From positions 9,467 through 73,466 of the forward strand of contig JAFRXO010000067.1 in the NCBI GenBank assembly GCA_017443465.1: a DNA stretch of 64,000 nucleotides. Reading direction: 5' to 3'. The stretch comes from Bacteroidales bacterium (GTDB lineage Bacteria > Bacteroidota > Bacteroidia > Bacteroidales > UBA932). Under the pieces are notes generated by a model. It did no database searches. It was not told the DNA's origin and saw only the letters and a list, made by a program, of their open reading frames with translations. The position numbers and the translations under genes are program-made. Below are positions 1 through 9,847 of this stretch, piece by piece; within the stretch, counting starts at the first letter, position 1; every line of letters starts with the position of its first letter.

Positions 1-2
1 TG

Positions 3-356
3 ATGCGCTGGGGATTCCACAACAAGGTGCTTCAGAAGTTTTTCACCCAGCTTCATCCATGGCTGGCTTTCCGGCTCGGGACCGGGTGGTCCAAGAAGAG
101 CCGCCTGGCCAAGAGCATAGGATATGTTTTCAAGGGGGAGTCGGAGTCTCTTTGGAAATATGCCGTGGAAGTGTCATCGCGCAGGCATGTGGACTATTTC
201 ATATTCGGACATTACCACGTGGCTGAGGACCTCCTGCTGCCCACAGGGGCGAGGATGCTCATGCTTAAGGACTGGATGGACGAAGAGACGTCCGATTACC
301 TGTATTTTTCCGGGATGACGGTCTCCCGCGGATACTCGAAGAATATCGAGAAATAG
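3..356 (+). CDS. lpxH: UDP-2,3-diacylglucosamine diphosphatase (metallophosphoesterase), 5'-truncated by window
   Basis: C-terminal FIFGHYH and xDW motifs typical of LpxH-like calcineurin phosphoesterases. Confidence 0.65.
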   Translation: MRWGFHNKVLQKFFTQLHPWLAFRLGTGWSKKSRLAKSIGYVFKGESESLWKYAVEVSSRRHVDYFIFGHYHVAEDLLLPTGARMLMLKDWMDEETSDYLYFSGMTVSRGYSKNIEK

Positions 357-1018
357 AAGGAAGGGAATTTCCCGCTCTGCCACATCTGCACCAGCTCCTC
401 TGTCTGTTTGTCTACCCCGTTGGGGTCATAGTGCGTTTTCAGGTCATTCTTGAAGATCTTGGCTATTCCCTGCCAGAAGTGGGCGGCCAGGCCGCTCTTG
501 TAATCCTTGATTATGTCGTAGCCGGTGTTTCCTACCTCCCGGTCTACCAGGCGGATCAGGAGGGCGCCCTGTGATATGGTGAGGTGCCTCAGCGGCTTTT
601 CGAATGCGTTCAGCAGCTCTTTCTGCAGGCTGTTGACGTATTTTTCTTTCTCCCTCCTGCTCATATGCGTGGCGGCGATGGTGCTGTCTGCCTTGCGCTC
701 GAGCTTTTTCCCTACGAGGGCATATGGATAGACCTTGTTGAAGTTATAGACGAGGCGGTAGTATTTGCGCCATTCGCTGCTGCGTGCGCTCCTTCCGCTG
801 GCGAAGGACCATGAGGGCTCGATGGAGCCGTAGTAAACCGTGTCGCCTTCTTCTACGCGGTAGCCCAGGTAGCCGGAATTCTGCCGTACTGCCGGATTCG
901 GGGCGGTCCGCTTGTCCTTCTCGGCTTTCTCGGCTCTCTGGCGCTCCTTCCTTGTGGATTTCTGGCCATATGCCGGAGCTGCAGCGAAGATCAGGAGCAT
1001 CGCTGCTGCAAATGACAT
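296..1018 (-). CDS. DUF4294 family exported protein
   Basis: Signal peptide from MSFAAAMLLIFAAAPAYG; YYRLVYNFNKVYPYA and LTISQGALLIRLVDRE motifs. The upstream ORF extension to 1378 is promoter DNA. Confidence 0.7.
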   Translation of the reverse strand: MSFAAAMLLIFAAAPAYGQKSTRKERQRAEKAEKDKRTAPNPAVRQNSGYLGYRVEEGDTVYYGSIEPSWSFASGRSARSSEWRKYYRLVYNFNKVYPYALVGKKLERKADSTIAATHMSRREKEKYVNSLQKELLNAFEKPLRHLTISQGALLIRLVDREVGNTGYDIIKDYKSGLAAHFWQGIAKIFKNDLKTHYDPNGVDKQTEELVQMWQSGKFPSFYFSIFFEYPRETVIPEKYR

Positions 1019-1237
1019 TAAGGCATATGTGTGAGTTTTTTTCACGGCGACATATGGACCCTGCAAAAAAATTGCCACATCTCCCGGGACCTTTTTCGGG
1101 GGAAGTTTCACGATTGTGTCGAACCCGTGTCGAAAATGTAGCCAAAAAAATTTTGTCATATGATGTAATGAGCGAAAAAACAATTTGTTAACTATCAAAA
1201 TCCGCTGTCGAAAATGTTGAAATATTTTTTGGAAAAC

Positions 1238-1268
1238 ATTGCAATTCAAAGGAAATTTACTAACTTTG
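1238..1268 (+). promoter_or_regulatory. Bacteroidetes sigma70-type promoter for rplP operon
   Basis: TAACTTTG (-7) at 1261-1268, TTG (-33) at 1239-1241, 19-nt spacer. Confidence 0.75.
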
Positions 1269-1356
1269 CAATCCCAAATCAGAGGATCATTACGCCCAAC
1301 CAGTTGATTATCAATGATTTGCGGACAAAACAGGAAAATTATTAAAGTATAGCGCA

Positions 1357-1776
1357 ATGTTACAACCAAAGAAAACAAAGTACAGAAGGGAGCAAAAGAA
1401 CGTGATGAAGGGTAATTCCCAGAGGGGAAATCAGCTCGCGTTCGGTTCCTTCGGTCTTAAGACGCTTGAAAATTGCTGGCTGACAGCGCAGCAGATTGAG
1501 GCTGCCCGCCAGGCCATATCCCGTTACATGAATCGTGAAGGCCAGATCTGGATCAGGGTTTTCCCTGTCAAGCCGTTCACCAAGAAACCTCTCGATACCC
1601 GTATGGGTAAGGGTAAGGGCGATCCCCAGGGCTTTGTCGCTCCCGTCACTCCGGGACGCATCCTGTTCGAAGCCGAAGGTGTCTCCCTGGCAATCGCCAA
1701 AGAGGCCATGCGTCTTGCTGCCCACAAGCTTCCGATCGACACCAAGTTCGTCGTTCGCAGGGATTACGTTGAATAA
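1357..1776 (+). CDS. rplP: 50S ribosomal protein L16
   Basis: [11 protein letters not shown]...TRMGKGKG signature. Confidence 0.99.
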   Translation: MLQPKKTKYRREQKNVMKGNSQRGNQLAFGSFGLKTLENCWLTAQQIEAARQAISRYMNREGQIWIRVFPVKPFTKKPLDTRMGKGKGDPQGFVAPVTPGRILFEAEGVSLAIAKEAMRLAAHKLPIDTKFVVRRDYVE

Positions 1777-1793
1777 TATAAGGAGCTAAGATA

Positions 1794-1988
1794 ATGAAGG
1801 CCAAAGAAATTCGTGAAATGTCCATTGCAGACCTGCAGGACCGCATCGAGGTTGAGAAGAACAATCTCGACACCATGAGGATCAACCATGCAGTGTCTCC
1901 GCTGGAGAACACTTCTGAGTTCAAGAAGAAGAGAAAGGATATCGCCCGTATGCTGACTATCCTTGCCGCTAAACAAAACAATCAGTAA
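1794..1988 (+). CDS. rpmC: 50S ribosomal protein L29
   Basis: MKAKEIRE...KDIARMLT; position in operon. Confidence 0.98.
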   Translation: MKAKEIREMSIADLQDRIEVEKNNLDTMRINHAVSPLENTSEFKKKRKDIARMLTILAAKQNNQ

Positions 1989-1999
1989 ATCCTAGAGAT

Positions 2000-2254
2000 A
2001 TGGAAAGAAATCTTCGCAAGGAAAGAATCGGTACCGTGGTCAGCGCCAAGATGGACAAGACCATCGTAGTCACCGTTGAGACGAGGGAGCCCCATCCTCT
2101 GTATGGAAAGTTCATGCAGAAGACCACCAGGTTCCACGCCCATGACGAGAAGAACGAATGCAACGAGGGCGACAGGGTACGCATCATGGAGACCCGTCCT
2201 CTGAGCAAGAGCAAGAGATGGAGATTAGTTGAAATCATAGAAAAAGCAAAGTAG
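2000..2254 (+). CDS. rpsQ: 30S ribosomal protein S17
   Basis: [14 protein letters not shown]...[12 protein letters not shown]. Confidence 0.99.
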   Translation: MERNLRKERIGTVVSAKMDKTIVVTVETREPHPLYGKFMQKTTRFHAHDEKNECNEGDRVRIMETRPLSKSKRWRLVEIIEKAK

Positions 2255-2258
2255 CATC

Positions 2259-2624
2259 ATGATACAGCAAGAAACACGTTTACAGGTGGCCGACAACAGC
2301 GGCGCAAGGGAAGTTCTCTGCGTGCGTGTTCTCGGAGGTACCCACCATCGCTATGCTACTGTCGGCGACAAGATCGTCGTCGCAGTCAAGAGCGCGTCGT
2401 CCAGCGGCGATGCCAAGAAGGGCACCGTCTCCAAGGCTGTCGTAGTGCGCACCAAGAAGGAAATCCGCAGGCCGGACGGTTCTTACATCCGTTTCGATGA
2501 CAACGCCTGTGTCCTTCTGAACAACGCCGGCGAGCTTCGCGGCACCCGTATTTTCGGCCCGGTGGCCAGGGAGCTCCGCGAGAATTATACAAAGATTGTT
2601 TCATTGGCCCCGGAGGTCCTTTAA
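2259..2624 (+). CDS. rplN: 50S ribosomal protein L14
   Basis: [16 protein letters not shown]...FGPVARELR. Confidence 0.99.
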   Translation: MIQQETRLQVADNSGAREVLCVRVLGGTHHRYATVGDKIVVAVKSASSSGDAKKGTVSKAVVVRTKKEIRRPDGSYIRFDDNACVLLNNAGELRGTRIFGPVARELRENYTKIVSLAPEVL

Positions 2625-2637
2625 TTGACTTAAGCAT

Positions 2638-2961
2638 ATGAAGAAGTTAAGAGTAAAGAAGGGTGACACCGTTTACGTCAATGCCGGAAACGATAAGGGA
2701 AAGACCGGAAAGGTCCTTTCTGTCATTCCTGCTGAGGACCGTCTGATCGTAGAGGGCGTCAACATGGTCAGCAAGCACACCAAGCCCAATGCCAAGCAGC
2801 CCCAGGGTGGCATCATCCGTCAGGAGGCCCCCGTACACATTTCCAATGTACAGCTGGTTGATCCCGCCGCTTCGAACCCCGCTCCTACCAGGGTCGGTTA
2901 CAAGTTCGTGGACGGCAAGAAGATCCGTTATGCTAAAAAATCAGGAGAGGAGATTAAGTAA
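2638..2961 (+). CDS. rplX: 50S ribosomal protein L24
   Basis: KOW motif [20 protein letters not shown]. Confidence 0.99.
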   Translation: MKKLRVKKGDTVYVNAGNDKGKTGKVLSVIPAEDRLIVEGVNMVSKHTKPNAKQPQGGIIRQEAPVHISNVQLVDPAASNPAPTRVGYKFVDGKKIRYAKKSGEEIK

Positions 2962-2963
2962 TT

Positions 2964-3569
2964 ATGGCAAAGAAAGCAAAGACCCAGGAGCCCCAGGCCG
3001 CTCCCCAGCTTCCCCAGGGATATGTTCCCAGCCTCAAGAAGGTCTATAGGGAGGAAATAGTTCCCGCTCTGGTGAAGCAGTTCTCCTATACAACTGTGAT
3101 GCAGTGCCCCAGGCTTGAGAAGATAATCATCAACGAAGGTGTCGGTGAAGGTACCCAGGACAAGAAGGTCGTCGAGGAAGCAGCTGAAGAGCTCTCCGTA
3201 ATCGTCGGACAGAAAGCAGTCCTCACCTCATCCAAGACTGACGTTTCCAACTTCCACCTCCGTAAGGGCATGCCCGTCGGTGTTAAGGTTACACTCCGCA
3301 ACGTGAAGATGTACGAGTTCCTTGACAGGCTCATCCGTGTTTCGCTTCCGCGAATCAGGGACTTCAACGGAATCTCCGGCAAACTCGACGGCAGGGGCAA
3401 TTACACCCTCGGCCTCAAGGAGCAGGTTATCTTCCCGGAAATCGAAATGGACAAGAACCCGAAGATCCACGGTATGGAAATCACCTTCGTGACTTCCGCT
3501 AATACCGACGAAGAGGCTTACGCCCTCCTCAAGGCCTTTGGACTGCCTTTCAAGAAGAACAATAACTAA
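2964..3569 (+). CDS. rplE: 50S ribosomal protein L5 (short N-terminal extension)
   Basis: [11 protein letters not shown]...PRIRDFNG...DGRGNYTLG. Confidence 0.99.
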   Translation: MAKKAKTQEPQAAPQLPQGYVPSLKKVYREEIVPALVKQFSYTTVMQCPRLEKIIINEGVGEGTQDKKVVEEAAEELSVIVGQKAVLTSSKTDVSNFHLRKGMPVGVKVTLRNVKMYEFLDRLIRVSLPRIRDFNGISGKLDGRGNYTLGLKEQVIFPEIEMDKNPKIHGMEITFVTSANTDEEAYALLKAFGLPFKKNNN

Positions 3570-3589
3570 ACATAACAGTCTCAGAAAGT

Positions 3590-3859
3590 ATGGCAAAAGA
3601 ATCAATGAAAGCCCGCGAGGTAAAGCGCGCGAAACTTGTTGCTAAATACGCCGAGAAGAGGAAGGCACTCAAAGAGGCCGGAGACTGGGCAGCACTTGAC
3701 AAGCTCCCGAAGAACTCCAGCGCCGTGCGTCTTCACAACCGTTGCTCTCTCACCGGTCGTCCCAAGGGATATATGAGGGCTTTTGGCCTCAGCCGTATCC
3801 AGTTCCGTGAGATGGCATCAAACGGTCTCATCCCCGGTGTCAAGAAGGCAAGCTGGTAG
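3590..3859 (+). CDS. rpsN: 30S ribosomal protein S14 (89 aa, non-zinc-ribbon type)
   Basis: [14 protein letters not shown]...[11 protein letters not shown]. Confidence 0.99.
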   Translation: MAKESMKAREVKRAKLVAKYAEKRKALKEAGDWAALDKLPKNSSAVRLHNRCSLTGRPKGYMRAFGLSRIQFREMASNGLIPGVKKASW

Positions 3860-3951
3860 AGCACAAAGAGTAAACTATTAATAATTAACAATCGGATATC
3901 GGGCGTCAGTCCCACAAGGCAGGCGCCGGTCCATCAGAAAAAGACAAAAAA

Positions 3952-4347
3952 ATGACTGATCCAATTGCAGATTACCTTACCAGAATACGCAACGCGTACT
4001 CCGCGGGTAAGAAGATCGTTGAGATCCCGTCTTCGAGGATGAAGGTGGCGATCACCAAGATTCTTTGCGATGAAGGTTACATCCTCAGCTACAAGATCGT
4101 AGAGGGAGAGCCTTTCAACACAATCAAAATCGCTCTGAAGTATCATCCGCAGACCAAGGCTCCCGCCATCACCAAGATCCAGCGGGTTTCCACTCCCGGT
4201 CTGAGGAAATATGTGGATTCCAAGAGCCTTCCCAGGGTCCTCAACGGACTCGGAGTGGCTGTTCTTTCCACTTCCAAGGGCGTCATCACCGGAAAGCAGG
4301 CAAAGGCTGAGAATGTGGGTGGTGAGTATGTATGTTCAGTTTACTAG
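3952..4347 (+). CDS. rpsH: 30S ribosomal protein S8
   Basis: MTDPIADYLTRIRNA...STSKGVIT. Confidence 0.99.
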   Translation: MTDPIADYLTRIRNAYSAGKKIVEIPSSRMKVAITKILCDEGYILSYKIVEGEPFNTIKIALKYHPQTKAPAITKIQRVSTPGLRKYVDSKSLPRVLNGLGVAVLSTSKGVITGKQAKAENVGGEYVCSVY

Positions 4348-4362
4348 TTAAAGGAAAGAACT

Positions 4363-4923
4363 ATGTCAAGAATCGGTAAATTGCCTGTAAACCTTCCGTC
4401 CACGGTAAGCGTAGAGATCCTGCCGGGCAACGTAGTGAAGGTTAAAGGCCCCCTCGGTGAACTTTCCCAGAAGGTTGATCCCTCCATCAAAGTCACCATG
4501 GAGAACAATGAACTTAAATTCGAGCGTCCCAGCGACCTCCCCAGGTACCGTTCAATGCATGGGCTCTATCGTGCCCTCGTGAACAATATGGTTACCGGAG
4601 TTTCCACGGGCTTCGAAATACGCCAGGAGCTTGTCGGTGTCGGCTACCGTGTCGAGGCACAGGGCCAGATGCTCAACTTCTCACTGGGCTACTCCCATGA
4701 CATCCAGATGTATCTTCCGAAGGAAGTTACCGCTGAGACCCCCAAGATCAAGAAGGGTGACAATCCTCTTCTGATCCTCAGGAGCTATGACAAGCAGCTG
4801 CTTGGACAGGTCGCTGCGAAGATTCGCTCATTCCGTGTTCCTGAGCCGTATAAGGGCAAGGGTATCAAGTTCGTCGGTGAGACTCTCCGCCGCAAGGCTG
4901 GTAAGACCGCTGCCGCTAAGTAA
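4363..4923 (+). CDS. rplF: 50S ribosomal protein L6
   Basis: MSRIGKLP...PEPYKGKGI. Confidence 0.99.
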   Translation: MSRIGKLPVNLPSTVSVEILPGNVVKVKGPLGELSQKVDPSIKVTMENNELKFERPSDLPRYRSMHGLYRALVNNMVTGVSTGFEIRQELVGVGYRVEAQGQMLNFSLGYSHDIQMYLPKEVTAETPKIKKGDNPLLILRSYDKQLLGQVAAKIRSFRVPEPYKGKGIKFVGETLRRKAGKTAAAK

Positions 4924-4938
4924 CAGGAGGAAAGAACT

Positions 4939-5301
4939 ATGGCATTGAATAAAATACAAAGGAGAAAGAGAATCCACTACCGTATCCGCAAGAAGGTTAA
5001 CGGAACGGCCGAGAGGCCCAGGATGGTTGTCTTCAGGAGCAATAAGCAGATCTACGTCCAGGTTGTGGACGATGAGCAGGCTATAACTCTTGTAGCAGCA
5101 GCTTCCAACGACAAGGAACTTGCAGCTCAGTGCGCCGGCAAGCCCGGTATCGAGGCTGCAGCCATCGTTGGCAAGGCCATCGCTGAGCGTGCCAAGGAGA
5201 AGGGTATCACCAAGGTCGCATTCGACCGTGGAGGCTACCTCTATCATGGAAGGGTAAAAAGTTTGGCAGACGCCGCACGTGAAGGCGGCCTTGATTTCTA
5301 A
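4939..5301 (+). CDS. rplR: 50S ribosomal protein L18
   Basis: [26 protein letters not shown]. Confidence 0.99.
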   Translation: MALNKIQRRKRIHYRIRKKVNGTAERPRMVVFRSNKQIYVQVVDDEQAITLVAAASNDKELAAQCAGKPGIEAAAIVGKAIAERAKEKGITKVAFDRGGYLYHGRVKSLADAAREGGLDF

Positions 5302-5306
5302 AGACT

Positions 5307-5825
5307 ATGGCAAATTCAAACGTAAAGAGAGTCAAGACTTCTGATCTTGAGCTTAAAGACAGACTCGTCGCTATCAAGCGTGTGACCAAGGTCACCAAGG
5401 GTGGACGTCACTTCCGCTTCGCGGCCATCGTGGTCGTCGGTGACGAGAATGGCGTTGTCGGCTATGGCCTGGGTAAGGCAAACGAAGTCACCGCCGCTAT
5501 CGCCAAGGGCGTAGAAGATGCAAAGAAGAACCTGGTCAAGATTCCCGTCATCAACACTACCATCCCTCACGAGATGGTGGCCAAGTTCGGTGGATCCAGG
5601 GTATTCATGAAGCCGGCCGCTCCCGGTACCGGTGTTACTGCAGGCGGTGCAATGCGTGCCGTTTTCGAGTCTGCAGGTGTGCAGAACGTGCTTGCGAAGT
5701 CCAGGGGATCATCGAACCCCCACAACCTCGTCAAGGCTACGATTACCGCACTGACCCAGATGAAGGATGCTTACACGATCGCAGGTCTCCGCGGCGTTTC
5801 TATGAGCAAAGTGTTTAACGGATAA
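5307..5825 (+). CDS. rpsE: 30S ribosomal protein S5
   Basis: [15 protein letters not shown]...[12 protein letters not shown]. Confidence 0.99.
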   Translation: MANSNVKRVKTSDLELKDRLVAIKRVTKVTKGGRHFRFAAIVVVGDENGVVGYGLGKANEVTAAIAKGVEDAKKNLVKIPVINTTIPHEMVAKFGGSRVFMKPAAPGTGVTAGGAMRAVFESAGVQNVLAKSRGSSNPHNLVKATITALTQMKDAYTIAGLRGVSMSKVFNG

Positions 5826-5842
5826 GCCAGGAGGAAGCAATT

Positions 5843-6022
5843 ATGGCACAACTTAAGATAACACAGGTAATCAGCAAGAACGGGACATCCGCCAGGCAGA
5901 AGGCCAACCTTGAGTCCCTTGGTCTGCGCAGGATCCGTCAGACGGTCATCGTCGAGAAGAATCCCGTCAACCTTGGAATGCTTGCGAAGATCCAGCATCT
6001 CGTCAAAGTTGAGGAAATTTAA
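5843..6022 (+). CDS. rpmD: 50S ribosomal protein L30 (59 aa; below ORF-track cutoff)
   Basis: Translated by hand: MAQLKITQVISKNGTSARQKANLESLGLRRIRQTV...KVEEI*. Confidence 0.97.
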   Translation: MAQLKITQVISKNGTSARQKANLESLGLRRIRQTVIVEKNPVNLGMLAKIQHLVKVEEI

Positions 6023-6038
6023 TTACGAGGACAGAAAG

Positions 6039-6491
6039 ATGAAATTAGAGAATCTCAGCCCCGCCAAGGGATCTACTCATAATACCAAGAGAGTCGGCCG
6101 TGGTGCCGGTTCCGGCAAGGGAGGAACTTCCACCCGTGGTATGAACGGAGCAAAATCACGTTCCGGTTACAAGCATAAGATTGGCTTCGAGGGAGGCCAG
6201 ATGCCTCTCCAGAGGCGTGTCCCGAAGTTCGGTTTCAAGAATCCTACCAGGGTCGAGTACCAGGCTGTCAATGTAAGCCGTCTCCAGGCCCTTGCAGAGG
6301 CTCTCGGACAGAACGAGATCGGACGCGACGAAATGATTGAAGCCAGGCTCGTTGGCAAGAATGACCTTGTAAAGGTCCTCGGAAACGGCGAACTTACAGC
6401 AAGCCTTACCGTATGCGCCGATGCATTCTCCAAGTCGGCCATCGCCAAGATCGAGGCTGCCGGCGGCAAGACTATCGTAACAACTGAATAG
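6039..6491 (+). CDS. rplO: 50S ribosomal protein L15
   Basis: MKLENLSPAKG...GFEGGQMPLQRRVPKFGF; true start at internal ATG 6039. Confidence 0.98.
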   Translation: MKLENLSPAKGSTHNTKRVGRGAGSGKGGTSTRGMNGAKSRSGYKHKIGFEGGQMPLQRRVPKFGFKNPTRVEYQAVNVSRLQALAEALGQNEIGRDEMIEARLVGKNDLVKVLGNGELTASLTVCADAFSKSAIAKIEAAGGKTIVTTE

Positions 6492-6496
6492 ACGTC

Positions 6497-7834
6497 ATGC
6501 GCAAGTTTATCGAGACAATCAAGAACATCTTCAAGATTGAGGAGCTCCGTACGAGGCTGGTCTACACCCTGCTTCTGGTCATGCTTTACAGGCTCGGCTG
6601 CTTCATCGTGCTTCCCGGCATCGATGCAGCTGGTCTTGCCAAGCTCCAGAGCAGCACTCAGGAAGGTCTTGTAGGCCTCCTGAACATGTTCTCCGGAGGC
6701 GCTTTCGGAAATGCCTCGATTTTCGCCCTCGGTGTCATGCCGTACATCTCCGCTTCCATCGTCATCCAGCTCCTGGGCATGTTCGTGCCCTATTTCCGCA
6801 AGATGCAGATGGAAGGTGAGAGTGGGCGGAAGAAGATGAATCAGATTACCAGGTACCTCACCGTCCTGATTCTCTGCATTCAGGGTCCCGCTTACGTGGC
6901 TTCTATCCACAGTCAGGTTCCCGCTGAAGCATTCGTGGCCGTCAACAGGCTCGGATGGAGCAACTTCACCTTCAACATCGTATCCACTATCATCCTGATG
7001 GCCGGTTCCATCTTCGTGATGTGGCTCGGTGAGAGGATTACCGACAGGGGTATCGGAAACGGAATCTCCCTGATAATCATGATCGGTATCGTTGCCCGTC
7101 TGCCCTACGCACTCGTAGCTGAAATCGGTTCCAAGTTCGGAACCAACAACGGAGCATTCCTCGCACTCATCATCGAGTTCGTGGTCTGGTTCTTTGTCAT
7201 CATCGCTACCATTGCTCTGGTCCAGGCTGTAAGGCGCGTTCCTGTCCAGTACGCCAAGAGGGTTATCGGCAACAGGCAGTATGGTGGTGTCCGCCAGTAC
7301 ATTCCTCTCAAGATGAATGCTGCCGGCGTCATGCCTATCATCTTCGCACAGGCCCTGATGCTCTTCCCGCTCCTCTTCTCGAGGTGGGATGCTACCAGGG
7401 GACTCGCAGCAACGCTCAGCAACTACACCGGTTTCTGGTACAACCTGCTGTTCGGCCTGCTCGTAATCGCCTTCACATATTTCTACACTGCCGTTACCGT
7501 CAACCCGACGATGATGGCCGAGGATATGAAGAAGAACGGCGGTTTCATCCCCGGCGTCAAGCCCGGCAAGAAGACGGTCGAGTACCTTGACAACATCATG
7601 TCAAGGGTCACCTTCCCCGGATCAATAGCTCTTGCAATCATAGCAATACTGCCTTCGATAGCTATCCTGCTCGGAGTCAACAACCAGTTTGCCAGCTTCT
7701 TCGGCGGTACTTCGCTCCTGATTCTGGTCGGTGTTGTCCTCGACACCCTGCAGCAAATTGAAAGCTACCTCCTTATGCGTCACTACGACGGTCTTATGAA
7801 GACCGGCCGTCTGACAGGACGCTCTGGGATGTAA
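6497..7834 (+). CDS. secY: Preprotein translocase SecY
   Basis: SIFALGVMPYISASI, GIGNGISLII, FGGTSLLILVGV. Confidence 0.99.
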   Translation: MRKFIETIKNIFKIEELRTRLVYTLLLVMLYRLGCFIVLPGIDAAGLAKLQSSTQEGLVGLLNMFSGGAFGNASIFALGVMPYISASIVIQLLGMFVPYFRKMQMEGESGRKKMNQITRYLTVLILCIQGPAYVASIHSQVPAEAFVAVNRLGWSNFTFNIVSTIILMAGSIFVMWLGERITDRGIGNGISLIIMIGIVARLPYALVAEIGSKFGTNNGAFLALIIEFVVWFFVIIATIALVQAVRRVPVQYAKRVIGNRQYGGVRQYIPLKMNAAGVMPIIFAQALMLFPLLFSRWDATRGLAATLSNYTGFWYNLLFGLLVIAFTYFYTAVTVNPTMMAEDMKKNGGFIPGVKPGKKTVEYLDNIMSRVTFPGSIALAIIAILPSIAILLGVNNQFASFFGGTSLLILVGVVLDTLQQIESYLLMRHYDGLMKTGRLTGRSGM

Positions 7835-7864
7835 TTTCCTGTTGAGACAAGAATTCAAGGTAAG

Positions 7865-8644
7865 ATGGTCAAGCCTAAAACCGCAGAAGAAATAGAGTTG
7901 CTCCGCGAGAACGCCATTCTCGTGTCGAAGACGCTGGCGGAAGTCGGGAAGCATGTCGCCCCTGGTGTTACAACCAAGGAGCTCGACACGCTGGCCGAGA
8001 CTTTCATCCGCGACCATGGGGCAATTCCCAGCTTCAAGGGTTTCGAAGGCTTCCCCTCAGCTCTTTGCATGTCCGTGAACGATGTCGTTGTGCATGGATT
8101 CCCCTCGGACTACGTGCTTAAGGATGGCGACATCGTTTCAGTGGACTGCGGCACTCTCTACAAGGGCTATCAGGGTGATTCGGCATATACCTTCCCGGTA
8201 GGGGAGATCTCAGCCGAGACCCGCAAGCTCCTGGATGTGACCAAGCAGTCCCTCTATGAAGGCATCAAGGCCGCTGTGGCGGGAGCCAGGACAGGCGACA
8301 TCGGATATGCAGTGCAATCATATGTCGAGAGCTTCGGCTTCTCCGTCGTACGCGAACTGGAAGGCCACGGCCTCGGCAGGGAAATGCACGAAGCGCCCGG
8401 AATCCCGAACTTCGGGAGGAGGGGCCACGGAGCAAAGCTCGCCGACGGACTGGTCATATGCATAGAGCCGATGATCTGCGCTGGTGGCCGCGGAGTGTAT
8501 CTAGCTAATAATGGTTGGGCGGTACACACTGCTGATCACAAGAACGCAGCACATTATGAGCTCACTGTCGTAGTCCGCAAGGGCGGCGCCGAGCAGCTGT
8601 CAACCTTTGAATTCATTGAAGGAAAACAAGAAGTGTCAAATTAA
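7865..8644 (+). CDS. map: Methionine aminopeptidase type I
   Basis: SVDCG, GDSAYT, GHGLG..MHEAP, IEPM, HYE metal ligands. Confidence 0.98.
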   Translation: MVKPKTAEEIELLRENAILVSKTLAEVGKHVAPGVTTKELDTLAETFIRDHGAIPSFKGFEGFPSALCMSVNDVVVHGFPSDYVLKDGDIVSVDCGTLYKGYQGDSAYTFPVGEISAETRKLLDVTKQSLYEGIKAAVAGARTGDIGYAVQSYVESFGFSVVRELEGHGLGREMHEAPGIPNFGRRGHGAKLADGLVICIEPMICAGGRGVYLANNGWAVHTADHKNAAHYELTVVVRKGGAEQLSTFEFIEGKQEVSN

Positions 8645-8658
8645 TATAGTGTCAATCT

Positions 8659-8877
8659 ATGTCAAAGCAAGTTTCAATCGAACAGGACGGTACGGTCATC
8701 GAGACCCTTCCTAATGCAATGTTCAAAGTCGAGCTCGAGAACGGCCACGTCCTTTTGTGCAACATTTCCGGGAAGATGAGGATGCACTTCATCCACATCC
8801 TGCTCGGAGACCGTGTCAAGGTCGAGATTTCACCATATGATTTGACCAAAGGCAGGATTTCTTTCAGATACAAATAA
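8659..8877 (+). CDS. infA: Translation initiation factor IF-1
   Basis: [15 protein letters not shown]...[10 protein letters not shown]. Confidence 0.99.
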   Translation: MSKQVSIEQDGTVIETLPNAMFKVELENGHVLLCNISGKMRMHFIHILLGDRVKVEISPYDLTKGRISFRYK

Positions 8878-8889
8878 AAATTTACAGAT

Positions 8890-9006
8890 ATGAAAGTCAA
8901 GACATCCATCAAAAAGCGTAGTGCTGACTGCAAGATTGTCAGGCGCAAAGGCCGTCTTTATGTAATTTGCAAGAAGACTCCCAAGTTCAAGATGCGTCAG
9001 GCATAA
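8890..9006 (+). CDS. rpmJ: 50S ribosomal protein L36 (38 aa; below ORF-track cutoff)
   Basis: Translated by hand: [38 protein letters not shown]. Confidence 0.97.
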   Translation: MKVKTSIKKRSADCKIVRRKGRLYVICKKTPKFKMRQA

Positions 9007-9039
9007 TCAGTTGAATAACTAACAAACTAAGAATAAATT

Positions 9040-9417
9040 ATGGCAAGAATCGCCGGTGTTGATTTACCGAACAACAAAAGAGGAGAGATAGGTCTGACCT
9101 ATATCTTCGGAATCGGCCGTTCCTCAGCGAGGAAGATCCTCGAGGAGTGCGGCATCGACTTTGGCATCAAAGTCGGGGAATGGGATGATGCCCAGGTCGC
9201 AGCGATCCGCTCCAAGATAAGCGAGGAGTACAAGATCGAGGGCGAGCTCCGTTCTTCCGTACAGATGAACATCAAACGACTCATGGACATTGGCTGCTAC
9301 AGAGGCATCCGTCACCGTGTCGGGCTCCCCGTTCGTGGTCAGAAGACCAAGAACAACGCCCGTACGAGGAAGGGAAAGAGAAAGACTATCGCCAACAAGA
9401 AGAAGGCAACCAAATAA
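9040..9417 (+). CDS. rpsM: 30S ribosomal protein S13
   Basis: [10 protein letters not shown]...[14 protein letters not shown]. Confidence 0.99.
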   Translation: MARIAGVDLPNNKRGEIGLTYIFGIGRSSARKILEECGIDFGIKVGEWDDAQVAAIRSKISEEYKIEGELRSSVQMNIKRLMDIGCYRGIRHRVGLPVRGQKTKNNARTRKGKRKTIANKKKATK

Positions 9418-9430
9418 TCCCAGATGAATC

Positions 9431-9820
9431 ATGGCAAAGAAAACGACTACATCCAAGAAAAGAGTTGTCAAGGTTGAGGCTTCTGGCGAGGCCCACATCG
9501 CATCAACTTTCAACAATGTCATTGTCACCCTCACGAACGCCCAGGGCCAGGTCATCAGCTGGTCTTCTGCTGGAAAGAGCGGCTTCAGGGGTTCCAAGAA
9601 GAACACCCCGTATGCAGCCCAGGTTGCAGCTGAGGATGCCGCCAAGACGGCATTCGATGCAGGCCTTCGCAAGGTGAAGTGCTTCGTCAAGGGTCCGGGA
9701 GCAGGACGTGAGTCCGCTATCAGGACCATCAACAATGCCGGTATCATCGTAACCGAGATTGTCGACGTTACCCCGATGCCGCATAACGGCTGCAGGCCCA
9801 AAGGTCGCCGTAAGGTTTAA
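9431..9820 (+). CDS. rpsK: 30S ribosomal protein S11
   Basis: STFNNVIVT...[12 protein letters not shown]. Confidence 0.99.
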   Translation: MAKKTTTSKKRVVKVEASGEAHIASTFNNVIVTLTNAQGQVISWSSAGKSGFRGSKKNTPYAAQVAAEDAAKTAFDAGLRKVKCFVKGPGAGRESAIRTINNAGIIVTEIVDVTPMPHNGCRPKGRRKV

Positions 9821-9847
9821 TTTTGAACATTTAAAAGAAGCAATATC

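Noticed and set aside
1019-1378. N-terminal extension of the 360-aa minus-strand ORF
   Set aside because: It covers the AT-rich rplP promoter and overlaps rplP; the credible start is MSFAAAM at 1018
3590-9006. Zinc-free forms of S14 and L36, and absence of adk between secY and map
   Set aside because: These are normal for Bacteroidetes
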